DNA of 64,000 nucleotides from the human T2T-CHM13v2.0 reference genome, Homo sapiens. Below the pieces are notes generated by a model. That model saw nothing but the letters and a program-made list of their open reading frames with translations. It ran no database searches and had not been told where the DNA came from. Shown one piece after another: positions 49,923 through 63,946 of the stretch (position 1 is its first letter; the number at the start of each line of letters is the position of its first letter). Position numbers and translations under genes: made by a program. Location: assembly GCF_009914755.1 (NCBI RefSeq), contig NC_060927.1. One strand, given 5' to 3'.

Positions 49923-52599
49923 CCAGTGGAGAAGACGGAAGGGGAGGGATCCTACCTTTGTCCCTGACAAAGAGCTTCAGGGAGGGAAGGAGGGGAATAG
50001 ACATTCCAGAAGGAACCATCCTGGGCAAAGCCTGGAGGGCAAAAGGAGGGTTTTAAGTAGTGTTCGCTCACACGTGTTTAGGATTGCAAAAGGTTTTCTT
50101 AAGAAAGTGGCATTTAAAAGGATGTCTGAAGCCTCAGGAAGCCTTCTCAGACCCCATAGAGCCTTTCACTAAACGATCATAGCATGCTGGGCTTTTCCTT
50201 CATGTCACCTATGACAGTCTGTAATCATGCATTTGTCTGGTGATGTTTTAATGGCAATCTGTTCCACCATGCCAGGAGGGCAGAGAATGTGTCACCTTGC
50301 TCACCACTATATGCCCAATGGCTGGCACATCACGTGTGCTCTATAATTGTTGACTGAACAGGAGTTGGCAGGCTCTGCATTAGAAAGAGGAAACTAAGAA
50401 AGAAACACTATGGTGCTGACACAGGAGAAGTGTGGCTAGCCCAAGGCCCAGGTGCGAGGCTGAGAGCCCTTGAATGCCAAACCAACGAGTTTAACCTGAA
50501 GGCTGGGTAGCAGGTGGACCCCTGAAATAAACTTGTACAGGCAAGTGATTCACTCAGAACAGAGGGCAGGTAAATGCATGATTCAATAAAGATGTGGGCA
50601 CCCATTGTACACCAAGCCCTGTGCTAGATGCTGGGGATTCCACAGCCCATCTGATGCTCTCAGCTTAGTGCGAGAAGACAGGCAGGAAGTAAGATGGCAA
50701 AAAATAAAAAAGGTCATTTCAGACAGTTCAGGATGTGAAAGACACAAAGGGTCAGGAGGTGATATTGGAGCTAAATGTTAAAGGATGAGGAGTCAGCCAC
50801 GGAAGAGCTGAAGGCAGGATATACCAAACCAAGGGAATAGCCAAGAGGCTAGAGGCTGGGCAGCAAAAGGGTGGGAAGAGACCAGGCTGGAAAGGCAGAC
50901 AGGGCCAGATCACATAAGCTCTGATACAGTAAGCAGTTTGGGATCATTTTTTAAAAATCCTATGGGAAGCATAAAGGATCAGTGGGGGGCGGAGGGGGGG
51001 AAGTTAGGGACTTCTTACGGGGACAGTGGTATGCACAAGATAAATACTAAGGAAGGCCTATAAGTGAGTGCTTTCAATTCTCACTCCTCTCCGAACTAAG
51101 AGAGATCTTTGAAGCAGGAAAAGATAGGGCTCCATGTTTTGGAGGCAGATGGACCTAGCCTCCCCTTTCCAGAGAAAACTGCCTCCTGTAAATCCTCAAA
51201 GAGGAGGGTCTTGTTTATCAGCACAGCCTCATTATACCCAAAGGCTCAAAAATTATTTGCTAAATGAAGTAAATTAGAGAAAGACTCGAAATTAAAAACA
51301 AGAGTGGTGAGGGCAGAGGACTTTTGCTTATGGCACACATTAAGTAGTAATCAGCGGAAATATAATAGTACTCATTAAAGAGTGAGTCTTATGGCTTTAC
51401 GACCCAGAGGAGGAGAGGTTCTAGAAGCAGACAGCGCCACCAGGGAAAAGGCTCAGAATTTTAGGCTGAGCTAGTCTCCTAACTGGATGTGTAACTACAG
51501 GTAGGCCACCTCCTTCTCTGGGCTTCAGATTGCTTGAATTAACTGACGGAGCTGGAGTATTCACCAAAGAATTTCTGGGGGACTTCCAACTCTCTCTGTA
51601 GTTTTATAACCATCCATCCCCCTTCTCTGGCGCAGAGAAGGTGCTTCATGAATATTTGCCGTATCAATGAAGCCCAACATCTCATTTTACAACACTGGAT
51701 ACCAGGGCCTGGAGGGGTTAGGTGGGAGCTCAGGGCCAAGGAGCCAGTTTGTGGCAGTGTGTGGGGAGGCCCTCCGACCTGTGGCTCGGGTACTTCTGAG
51801 CTCTTGGGTAGAGTAACATCAAGGAAGCAGTAGGTGGTCGGAGCTCAACTTTGGGGTGGGAGGTAGGCAGGGTTCTCCCTGCAATCCACTGGGCACTAGA
51901 TTGGATAAGGCTCTTCTGGGGTCACAATGCCCAGGCTCAAACCCCAGCTCCACGATTTGCTGGCTGAGTGGCTTTAGCCATGTCTCCTGTGTCTAACTTT
52001 ACTCTTCAGTAAAATGTGACCAACAACAGAGCCTGACTTACAAAGGTCGCAGCGAGATCTGTGAGACAAGCCAGGCAAGTTTCCTTGAACAGTGCCTGAC
52101 AGGTAGCAGGGGGCTCAAAAACATTCCCGTTAGTGGAACTCCTAGCACTCCAGCACAGCACACGCTACCCCGAGTGGCAACTTTTCGGGACGCGCCTTTT
52201 AAAGGCGCGTGCAAAATGTAAACACGTGGGGTATGGCAGGAGCGGTAGTGATAATTAACCACCATACATTCCCAGTTTCGAGCCACACGCAACGTGCTCG
52301 GCACTTCCCGTGCCCCAACCGGACCTAGTTTACGACTTCCTACGCACAGGCCCCTCTGAGGTCAGGGTTCGGGCTTCACTGTGACCTTGGACCAGCCCCG
52401 TTCCCCCTAGAGCTTCGGTTTTCTCATCCGCAAAACAGGAGTAGCGACCCCCCAGCCGGCCCGCCTCCGAGTGTCCCAGGGTGGGCACCTGGGCCGCGCC
52501 TCAGGTGGCCCGCGCCCGGCGTGGTCGCGGGGCGCCGGGGCCCGCGTGTCTCCCGCAGGCCCTCGTAGGCCGGTCTCCGTGGCAGCCCGCCCTCCCTAC

Positions 52600-52621
52600 C
52601 TTCCTGCCGGCAATAGGACAT
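52600..52621 (-). CDS. CHCHD4: CHCHD4 exon 1 coding part (MSYCRQE-G)
   Basis: GCAGCCATG Kozak context; ATGTCCTATTGCCGGCAGGAAG followed by donor GTAGGG. Confidence 0.97.
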
Positions 52622-53138
52622 GGCTGCAGCCCGTCCCTGAGACCTTGCAGAAGCGGCGGTGGCGGCAGCTGCACCTTTACGCCGTGACCTCCCTCTCCTC
52701 TGGCAGGGCGGGCTCCTCCGAAGCCCGCGCGGACCCGCCCCCTCCCAGGCCTGCCCGCCGCGCGCCTGCCTCGGCGCCCTCGCAACCGCGGCCAGGCCAA
52801 CCTCAGCCGGAAACTACATTTCCCAGCAGGTCGCGCGCTCCTCGACAGCTCTCCAGGCAGTAGAAACTACATTTCCCCGAAAGCTTTGCAGTGCGCAGGC
52901 GCATCAATGAGGTACTGCAATGTCCCGGACCGTATAGTTTCCAGGACGTCTCGCCGCGCGCATGCGCAGAAACACTGGGCACAGGGGGAGGTAACTGCAG
53001 TAAGTCCCGCTTGGCCCTGGAGTCCACGCGGATTTTCGAAGCTGGGGCTGGCAAGAGGCCGCTGGACACCACGCTCCAGTCGTCAGCCCACTTCCTAGCT
53101 GAACAGCGCGAGGCGGCGGCAGCGAGCCGGGTCCCACC

Positions 53139-53150
53139 ATGGCCGCGAAT
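53139..53150 (+). CDS. TMEM43: TMEM43 exon 1 coding part (MAAN)
   Basis: CCACCATGG Kozak; donor GTGAGT. Confidence 0.96.
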
Positions 53151-55066
53151 GTGAGTATCCCCGGGCCAGCCGGGCCACACCCAGGCTTCCCCGTCGCCCT
53201 GGGGCTTTTCCCCGGGGTCCTCTAGGTCCATTTCGCCGCCTGGAGCTCCTCCGTGCGGCTAGGCCCGCATCTCCCTCTGCTCGCCGTGTCTGTGCCTTCG
53301 CCAGCTCATCCCTCTGCTCATCTCGCGGCCTGTCCAGGCTTCTTTTGTCCGTGTTCCTTGGCTCGCCTCGTCCTCGGCGTTCGTGCGGAGGCGGACTCGG
53401 AGGTGTTGCTCCCGTACTGGGATCTGCTTGTACGCCTCTCCGCGGCCCCTCCTTGCATTCCCAGTTCCCTCCTGTACCTTGGGGCCCTGAAACTTGCGCA
53501 TTATGAGAGCTGGACGCGACCTCAGAGAGGGCGCCAGTCCCTTGGGAGGGAGGAAGGCGATCCAGCCCAAGTGGAGCTGTCCAGCAATGGACAGACAGGG
53601 CTGTCCAGGCGGGCAGAGAGCTCTCCGCCCTAGGGAGTCTCTGTAAACCGAGTCTGTGATGCTCCAAAAAGCTTAGGCTGGGCTGGGAGCGAAGGAGTTG
53701 GGGGAGAGGGAGCATTTCTCTACTGTCGGGGCCCCTCCTCCCCCTAGCAAGGATTTGGTTGGAGGAGGCCTGGCTGAGGGCTGTTCCCTCAAGGCCTCTT
53801 CTCCCTGCAACTAGCCTTTCTCGGGAAACTATTTAAGCCCAACATTCATTCAACAAGCAGCGCCTCCTACCAGGGCGCTGGGTGTGGGAGAAGCTGGTGA
53901 CTCACCTCTCCCCTCCTCTGTGAAAGTGCTTCTAGGGCCCGCTTAGGAGCCCAGCCAGCCCCAGACACACCCTCCCTCCTGCTTTGGTAGAGTGTCCTAG
54001 CAGCTCTCCCCTTGCCTGTCACACCCTATTTCCAGACACCGCCTCTGTCCCCAAGCGTCCTCTCTGCCTCCCACACCCCTTGAGAGGCCAGGGTGTGCAT
54101 CACCCACAGCCCTAGTACACTTTGTCTCGGGTTAGTATCATCCACACTCCCAGGACATTTCGGGCCCACAGGAGGGTTAGAAGCCTTGAATGTTGTACCT
54201 AGAAAAGCCTCAGAGGTATTCGGAGAGACTCAGGCTCGGCCAGGCGAGAGGGCAGTCAGGAGACCAGCCTGTCTGTAGTATGTGGACTCTTTGTCTGCTC
54301 CCATCACTACCACCACCATATTTTACAGATGGGGAACTTCCCTAGCAGGGGAAGGCACTTGCCCAAGCTCTCGTGGCCGGCTTGGCATGCTGTGACACGG
54401 AAATATGCTGAAAAGGGCAGGCTTTGGAGTTAGGGAGACCTGGGGGCAATCCAGATTCTTCCACCCAGTAGCTGTGTGGCTTTCATCTCTCCAGGTTTAT
54501 GTAGCCTCATGGATCAGTTACTGTGATATTTAAGGGAGACTGCTTAGCACAGTGCCTGATGTGTGGTAGGTACTTAATACTTGAAAACAAGCCTGTCCTT
54601 GCAGGGTAGCACAAATGGTCCCAGTGGATAGAGATCATCTTGGGTACATTGAGACCTGACCCCTCACCAAGGAATATACATGCATTTGAGTATTCTCTGC
54701 TGCCAAGCATTTTTTGATTCATCCAGTAGCTGAGTACACATTTACAGCAGCCACTAGGCTGGGTGAGGAAGAAGATAGCGGGATGGAGCAGGGAGGCAAC
54801 AAAATTCTCAATCAGTACAGCAGCAGCAGTACCTGTGGTGAAGGTACTATTCCCCTCTCCACTTTATAAGTGAGTAAACAGAATCAGAGAGGTAGAGCAA
54901 TTTACCCAGGCTTACACAGCAAGCGATTGGTGAACCTAGGCATCAAATCCAGTTCTGTCCATTTCCAGGGCCTATGTGTCAGCCTCTGTTCCCACCACTC
55001 ATTGCTCATTTCTTCTAAGTCCTGAGTGCTAGGACTGGGAGGGGATGTGTCACTGGGGATGTCCGT

Positions 55067-55155
55067 CTGTGTGTGCGTGTGTGTGTGTGTTTATATAATG
55101 TGTGTATACATGTAATACATACTATATGTATATATAAATATGTGTGGATATATAG
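55067..55155. repeat. (GT)n / (TA)-rich simple repeat
   Basis: GTGTGTGCGTGTGTGT run followed by TA-rich sequence. Confidence 0.85.
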
Positions 55156-56639
55156 ATCCTTTATGATCCTCCATGTTTACTGGGAATTTTGGTTCAGAAT
55201 GTGGGCTGGGTTTGTCATGTCACTGCCCACCTCACCCCTCCCCTAGCCTGAGGGGCACCCTCCTGTACCTCTCTTCCTTCCCTCCAAGGCCGTCTTTGAG
55301 CCCCTTATCTTGATGCTGGCTGAGGGGAGGCCCAAGAGGAAGACACGCCTTATTTTCCTATTGCTGCCTGCAGCTGGCTCCCAACATTCAGCTCACATTG
55401 TAGCCCAAGAGATGGGGAGCACAGACTGGAATGAGTAATGGGAGAGTAGCCTCCAGTCTGCCCGGATTTGAATCCTAACTCTTCCTCTTAGAAGCTGTGT
55501 GATCTGGGAAGATGACGTAACCCTGAGCCCGATTTTCTTATCGGTGAAATGGGGTCGTTATGACATCCCGCTCTTTGGGCTTGCCTGTGGGCTGGCCTGT
55601 GATAGACCCGGTGTGTTTGCCATTGTCATCATTGTGATGGTCACCTGCCCCTATGTGGTGATTCACTCACCTAATGTTTCCAAATGGCATGGAAAGTCAA
55701 GACGACTTCTGGATTCATGGACATCTGGTCACTGGAGGCCTTGGCTGGTGGTACTCAAAGACAATCAGAATGCGACATCAGCTTTGTTCAAGCAGAGATT
55801 CTGAGTCAAATCACTCCTCTGGCCCCCAATACCAGGATGGGGCCTGTCTTAGCTGGGCCCCACTTTACATCTTTGTGACTTTTGTCAGCTCACCCCCAGC
55901 CTGGTGCCAGCCCAGTATCAGTTGTAGGGAAATCTGGTAACATTTCTACTAGCTAACACGTGTCCAGTGCTTACCACGCCCTAGGCCCTGAGCTACCCAA
56001 TAACTGTGTTCTTTGGTTCTCACCACAACCCTATGCACAGAGGAAATGGAAGGCACAAAGTGGTGAAGTTGCTTGCCCAAGACCCCGTAGCTGGTATGTG
56101 GCAGAGCATAAATGCAAACCCAGTTCTTCTGGCTCCAGAATCCTGCCCTAGACGATGACACTTTTGATCAGCAGTGGATGCACCCCAAATCATGCCTCTG
56201 TTATTGACCAAAGCCTGATCCACTCACCCTTGAGTTTGAGGCCCACTGTGAACCTGCCCAGAAATGCCTACCTCCAAGCCCTTTCTTCCTCCACTGCTCC
56301 CACCCAGCCAAAGCAGACAGGCAGCTGCTCCCCCAGAACCACTTCCTACTTCCTCATCACTGCTGATACGGTTCTCCCTTTAGGGATGCTCTTCCCCTAA
56401 GATCTGCCTCTAAGATTCCACTCAAGGGAGCCTCCTTGATACCCCAGGTGGAAGGGGTCACTCCTTGAGCACCAAGTCCACCCCCATCACAGGACCCTCT
56501 GTGTGACCTTCTAGTATTGTTTATGGTTGTGACCTCACTGCCCTAAGACTGTCTACTTCTGACCCCACAAGGGCTAGCACTGCCCTCAGAAAGCTCAGCC
56601 ACTGTTTGCTGAATTTAATTAAAAATACATCTCTAATAA

Positions 56640-57277
56640 CCTCTTTGTAAAATAGCTTGGCAGTTTCATAAAAAGTTAAACGTACATCTTCTTCACGAGC
56701 CAGCAGTTGTACTCCTAGGTATATTCCTACGGGAAATGAAAGCACATGTCTGCATAAAGGTTCATGTATGAATATTCACAGCAGCATTATTCATAACAGC
56801 CAAAACCTGGAAGCTGTCAAGATACCCATCCACTGACGAATGATTCAGCACACTGTGGTATAGTCATAAATGGAATACTACTCAGCCATGAAAAGGAACA
56901 AATTCCTGATAAACACCACAACATGAATGAATTGCAAAAGCAGTGCTCTGAGTCCAAGAAGCTGGGCAGAAAGGAGTTGGTGCCCTGATTCCATTTTTCT
57001 CAAGTTGTAGAAGAAACAAACTAATCTACGGTAGGAGAAATTCAAATTCAGATTCTCCCCATCCCCACCAGTTACCTCTGGTTGGTGGAGAGGGGGAGAA
57101 TTGGCAGGAAAGGGGCACAAAGAAACTTTTTGGGGTGATGGAAATATTTTGTACCTTGCTTTAGATGTTGGTCAGATGGAATATACGTTTGTGGAAACCT
57201 GCCAAACTGTACATTGAATATCTGTGTGTTTTTACCACATACAGTTAAAACTAAAAAAAAAAAAAAAAAAAAAAAAA
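56640..57277 (+). mobile_element. Old L1M 3' end in TMEM43 intron 1, ending in A25
   Basis: AATGGAATACTACTCAGCCATGAAAAGGAA and TTTTGGGGTGATGGAAATATT motifs; A run 57253-57277. Confidence 0.8.
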
Positions 57278-57315
57278 TTGAGTATAAATAAATAGCAAAT
57301 TTAATTTATTTTTAA

Positions 57316-57534
<219 letters not shown>

Positions 57535-57924
57535 TGAGAGTCCCCACCATGTCAGAGAGCAAAGGCGATGAACCCGGAGGCTGGATTTGGTAATCAAGGG
57601 CCTAGATTTTAAAAAGAGAAAGGAGGATACTGAGTTAATCACAGTTCTTTCCATTGTGATCCATCCCACAGCTGATGTGAGCAGGAAGGGGAGTAGATCA
57701 GTTCACACACCTGAATATCCAGGGGTTAGCACCTGCCTCAGGCGTAGTTGGATCCAGGTGTTCATGCTGGGTCACCAGGAATCTCCATTTCTTCATCTTT
57801 TGCCTGTTTTTCTCTATTATGGTGTTTTTCTTGGGCAGGCACTTCATCTGTGATGGCAAATGTGGCCCCAGCAACTGGCCTACATCCAACCACTTAGCCC
57901 AGGGAAGAGAAAAACCATCTGTTT

Positions 57925-58080
57925 CTCTTCCTTTCTTTCTTTTCCTTTCTTTCCCCTCCCTCCCTCCCTCCCTTCCTTTGTTCCTTTCTTCCTTCCTTCC
58001 TTTGTCTCTCTCTTTCTCTCTTTCTTGTTTGTTTGTTTCTTTCTTTCTCTCCCTCTCTCTTTCTTTTTCTCCTTTTTTTT
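57925..58080. repeat. CT-rich low-complexity tract
   Basis: TTTC/CCCT/CTCT mosaic. Confidence 0.9.
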
Positions 58081-58296
58081 AATAGGGCCTCATGATGCAA
58101 CAGTATATTTCTAAATCAATTTAGCAGCAGTTACAGGGCCATCTCTCAGTGTCCTGGCTTGGCTCTCCGTCCTCTGAATCAGTCTCCGTGTCCAGGGCGC
58201 ACTCACATGTTCTGACTGGCAAGGTCTGGGTCCCATAATCTGACCAGGGTTCAGATAGACTCAGGTAAACCACATGGGCTGAGTAGGAGAGAGGAG

Positions 58297-58450
58297 AGCC
58301 AGGCATGGAGGCTCAAGCCTGTAACCCCAGCACTTTGGGAGGCCAAGGAGGCAGGATCGCTTGAGGTCAGAAGTTCGAAAGCAGCCTGGGCAACATAGCA
58401 AGACCCCATTTCTACAAAAAACTTAAACATAAAAATAAAATTAAAAAAAA
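58297..58450 (+). mobile_element. FLAM / Alu left monomer
   Basis: Single Alu monomer with A-rich tail. Confidence 0.85.
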
Positions 58451-58731
58451 GAAGGCAGAGAAAAATGGGGAGAAAGGGACAGGCAGGCAGAAACATCAGC
58501 TGTTCCCACCACTGGGGCAGTGCTAAGATTGGTGGGGGCTAGTGGGAACCAATGGGGCAGTAGGAAGAAGTCTCCCTGGGAAAGCAGGAATCTGGGTTCC
58601 AGTCCTTACTCTCCACTTGCTAGACCTCAGTTTTCCAACTGTACGGTGGGGAGATGGGTCTCAGCGCTCCCGGAGGCCCCATCCTACCCTAATACTTTGC
58701 AACAAGCACAGTCATGCTGAGCCACCCCTGA

Positions 58732-58962
<231 letters not shown>

Positions 58963-59510
58963 TGAGGATTTGAAAGCATGGGCCTTGGAGATGGTCACAC
59001 ATGGGAGTGATTCCCGACTTTACCACTCAGCAGCTGTGTGGACTTGTCTATCCTGAGTCTCAGTGTCTTCGTGTATAAAATGGGGACGGTAATGGTTACA
59101 AGCTTGTGGCCAGCCTTGAGGATTTGGTGAGATTAGGTAACTAACGCCTTGGTACAGTGGCTGGCACTCAGGGAGGTGCTCTCATGACTCTGATGACCAT
59201 GTGTGTCCAGTGCAAGGCCACAAAACTACCCTGGGCACCAGAGCTTTCCTGTTATTTGAACACCCTGTATGCTGTTGGCACCATGCCATTGGGCCATGCA
59301 GCCCAGGCCTGTACTGTGAGGGTCACAGTCACAGGCACTGTGTGTAAAGAACCTGGGACAGGGAGTGTCCTCGATTCTCCCCTGCAAAGCAGTGTAGGGC
59401 TCTCCACCCTTGTCCCCTTCTCTATTTCTTCCTCTTCCAGTCCAGCTTCCCCTGAGCCAGGCTTTCTGGGCTGACGTGAATGTTATCCTTTATTTTTTTG
59501 GTTTCTTTGA

Positions 59511-59618
<108 letters not shown>

Positions 59619-60490
59619 TGAGCTGTTGGGGTGAAAACTCTGTTGGGGTAAAGGAGGAGTGAAGTGTAGGTGTCAGGATAACATGCAGATGTCTTTCATT
59701 TTGATACCTTTGAAACTCAAGTATAACATCTTCCTATCAGAAAAGTGTGAAATGATCCCCAAATTAATAGCCAGTGATTTGGAAGTGGCAAAAATCCAGT
59801 GAAGAGTGGCTCCAGGAGGAAAGGGGGATTGAGTTGCTCCCACATCTGGGAAGTTCCAGAGATGCACAAGCTTGAAGCATGACTTGGAGCAGGCCTGAAA
59901 CACTGTCATTAGGATCAGCATGTCAACCCCGAGACCCCACTGCATCTCTCTGTGTTCAGCCTTCCCATCAGCTGTGTTGGTCCCATCTTTGCTCTACTTA
60001 AACAGCTTATCGTTTCTGACAGGAGTCCCAGGGCAGGTTCTCATTGATCAGGGCTGGGGTCACCTGGAGCTGGGGGTGGGTTCAGCCCCACCTGAATCAT
60101 ATGGACTGTGACCGACAGGTGGGGAGGTGGTGGGAGGAGCAGGAGAAGGGCAGCTTCAAGAGGCCCCCCGCAGGGCTGTCCTGGAGCAGAGGATGCAGCC
60201 AGATCTCTGAGCCCAAAGGGCAGGGCTGGGCCCCTTGGTGTAAGGCCAGTGCGGGCAGATTTCAGCTCAGGATGGGAGAGCGCTTTCCTCCAGGTAGCGC
60301 CTTGGAGGGCAGGAGCTGGCTGTCTGTCAGGAGTGAGTGCCCTGTCTTGGGGCTGGTGTAGAGAAGGCATCTGCCGTATCTGGGGAGTCTGATCTGGTAG
60401 CCCTGAGTTTGCTTCCTGCTCAGATGCTTAGAGATTAGACTGCCTGGGGCGACGAGGCTAACCCCCGTGGCTGCTTTGCTTTCCCTGCAG

Positions 60491-60540
60491 GGAGTACACC
60501 GAGGATGGGCAGGTGAAGAAGGAGACGAGGTATTCCTACA
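60491..60540 (+). CDS. TMEM43: TMEM43 exon 5
   Basis: EYTEDGQVKKETRYSY; AG/GT, 50 nt, frame-consistent. Confidence 0.96.
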
Positions 60541-60810
60541 GTGAGTGCTGGGCCCCTTACGTGGTCTCTGCCCATGGTGGGGGCCCACAGCGGTGGCTGG
60601 ACAGCAGGGCTGTTGGTGGGGCCATGGGAAGGATTCAGCACCAGGCATCAGGATCCCTGGGTGCAAGTCTTCAGAGCCCTGCTTTCCCACCCATCCATTG
60701 AGGCTCCCTGACCCACCCCTTTGGCTGTGAGATAGGAGGAGCTGGGCTGGTGGGTCTCAGCCGCGTGCCACTCCTACCCGGGCTCTGAGTTGATTCCTCT
60801 CCCTGAGCAG

Positions 60811-60880
60811 ACACTGAATGGAGGTCAGAAATCATCAACAGCAAAAACTTCGACCGAGAGATTGGCCACAATAACCCCAG
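60811..60880 (+). CDS. TMEM43: TMEM43 exon 6
   Basis: TEWRSEIINSKNFDREIGHNNP; AG/GT, 70 nt. Confidence 0.96.
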
Positions 60881-61663
60881 GTGAGAGCCAGGCCCAAGGC
60901 CTGAGTGCAGCTTTGTCTACACTGGCAGGTCTCCAGCCTCAGTTTCTTCATCTGAATAACAGGATTGAGTTAATCCTGCCTCGTGGGTTGAAAATGTGGG
61001 ACATGGGTTTGAGACCAAGCCCTGTGCTGGGCACCAGGAACACAGAGACTTGTCTCCCCTGACCCCAGACAAGCTCCCCGCAAACAAGTCACAAATATAA
61101 GGCCTGCACTAAGCGTCTAAGGGGATTTGCACACACGGGGCCGGGGAAGCATTTTGTTAATGGTTTGCCATGGGTGGGAGGACAATCAGGACAGGCTTTC
61201 CAGAGGCAGCGGCATTTGTTCAGGCTTCTCAGGATTTCAGCAGAGGGAGGTTAGCTCCACGGCATGCCAGTGGTGAGGCGGGCATAACACTTGGGTGTGG
61301 CTAGAGAGCAGGCCTTGTTCAGCAATGGTCTGGGCTGTGCCAGTAAGATGGTTGGGATGGAATGCTCTGGGAGGGGCTAGTGAGGGGTGTAAAGTCCATG
61401 CAAGATACATCTGACAGCAGTGGGTGGGGCAGGACAGGCTGGCAGGGGTCTAGGCAAGAGGGTAGGAAGCTCCGGGGAACAGGAGACAGAGTGAGGGTGC
61501 TCAGCCCAGGGGAGGGGGCACAGGGCCCCTGGGGGTGGACAGGACAAGATGTCTGCTGCGCCTGGGCTAATCTGGACTTGCAGGAACCCCCGGGTGGGGA
61601 CCCTGCCCAGCACAAACAACCCAAAGGGACCCGGGCAGCTCCCACACCGGTGCCCATCTCTGA

Positions 61664-61843
<180 letters not shown>

Positions 61844-62714
61844 TAAAGGCACAGGATCAGTCTGCACCTTTCCCAGCACCATGCTTTGGGGGCCAGGGGA
61901 AGGCGAATCCCCAGGAAGCAAGGGCTGACGTAGAAACCCCCACCCCACTCCATCCTACCAGGTTCCTCTGAAATCTGGGTTGTTCCAGAGAATGACTCAG
62001 GCATGCATCCTCACCCTGCTGCGTGCCGGTGTCTGCTGAGTAGACTCTGCTGAGACAGTCCTTCCTCAAGCAGACTCCGGCTAGTAGTAGACATGTGGTG
62101 GCTCAGTGCTCTCAGCCTAGGGCTCCCCCTCTCTGAGTTCCACCTGTCCCAGGAAGGCACTAGCTTATCACAGGCATCCCCCATTGACTCCAAAGAGAAG
62201 CTTGCAAGGGATAAGGTGGCACCATGGGCCAGAGTAACCCTGGGGCTCTGTTCCTGGGCCTGACCCATGAAGGTGGGAGAGGATACCAAGGGCCCAGATA
62301 GTCCTGGGGAGGCTGGATGATCCTGGGCCTGGCCTGGCCGCTTTCTGTGTGCTTTGTTGCTGGATGGTGCCTGTGTGCCAGCTGGGCCTGCCCTCAAGTA
62401 GCTCTCAACCCAGGAGGTGAGTCAGGCTTGGACGTGGATGGCCGTAACCTTGATGGAAGGGAAAAGGGCTAAGGCCACTCCCAGTGCTGTGGTCACTCTG
62501 ACTTGGTGGGAGAGGGCACAGGGAAAGCTTCCTGGAGGAGATGGTCTAACCCAGGGGAAGCCGTGGACGAGACAGAGTCAGAAAGAGGCACTGCAGGTGG
62601 GAGTGCCACGTGTGCAGGCTCCAGGGGTGCAGTGGAAGGGGGTCAGGCCAGGGACTTTGCAGATTGAGGTTTTCACCTGGTCCCCTGGGTTTCTAACCAC
62701 TCTGGTCCCCTCAG

Positions 62715-62836
62715 GCCTCATCGACAAAGTCGACAACTTCAAGTCCCTGAGCCTATCCAAGCTGGAGGACCCTCATGTGGACATCATTCGCCGTGGAGAC
62801 TTTTTCTACCACAGCGAAAATCCCAAGTATCCAGAG
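62715..62836 (+). CDS. TMEM43: TMEM43 exon 8
   Basis: [40 protein letters not shown]; AG/GT, 122 nt. Confidence 0.97.
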
Positions 62837-63102
62837 GTGTGCGGAGAGGCCTGGGCTCTCCAAATAGGAGGGTCAGGGCGCTAGGATCAGATTCCTGCGC
62901 CAGGCAGATTCAGTTCAGTCGCATGCACAGCTGCACTTGGCCAAGTGCAGCTGAGTGGGAGAGGCCCTCTGGGTGACGGCACAGCCTGGGCACGGGTGTG
63001 GAGGTGGGAGAAGAGCCTGAGGGGCGTAGCCGAGGCATCCTGGACCTGGGCCTGGGCCAGCTACTCCGTTCCTCACTCTCCCTGCTTCTCTTCCACCCCC
63101 AG

Positions 63103-63177
63103 GTGGGAGACTTGCGTGTCTCCTTTTCCTATGCTGGACTGAGCGGCGATGACCCTGACCTGGGCCCAGCTCACGTG
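63103..63177 (+). CDS. TMEM43: TMEM43 exon 9
   Basis: [25 protein letters not shown]; AG/GT, 75 nt. Confidence 0.97.
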
Positions 63178-63565
63178 GTAACCTGGCTTCCCAGGGGCAG
63201 ACACTAAGTCAGAGCCTCACGACTTTCCTGGACACAGACACCTTGGTCAATGTCAGGAGCGCTTGGACCCCCTTTTCCCTGGGGAAAGGCACACTCTCGC
63301 ACACACTCTCAGCCAGGCACGCTTCTGAGCAGTTTCAGAGCTCCCATGTCCCCACAGCCATCCATGGACCCCACGTTAAGAAGGGCAGCTCAAAAGGGGT
63401 CTCATAGTCGCACCTTATGACAGGTGTTCCAGTCACACACAGACCCTCTCCCCAAGCCCGTTTTGATCTGTCAATAATTGGTCTTGCGTTCCTGGCCTAT
63501 GTGCAGTCCTGCCCCATCCCCTGCTCTGCGCACTGCCCAAGAGCTTTGAATGCCTGGAGCTTTGA

Positions 63566-63946
<381 letters not shown>

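Larger units (their letters stand above)
52150..53550. promoter_or_regulatory. CpG island and bidirectional promoter of CHCHD4 and TMEM43
   Basis: High GC and CpG density; divergent ATGs at 52621 (-) and 53139 (+); ACTACATTTCCC at 52813 and 52866; NRF1-type TGCGCAGGCGCA (52892-52903) and GCGCATGCGC (52958-52967); CCGGAA; GC box. Confidence 0.93.

Noticed and set aside
52424-53715. Overlapping Arg/Pro/Gly-rich ORFs up to 206 aa
   Set aside because: Expected from stop-codon scarcity in a CpG island; only the short exon-1 coding parts are supported.
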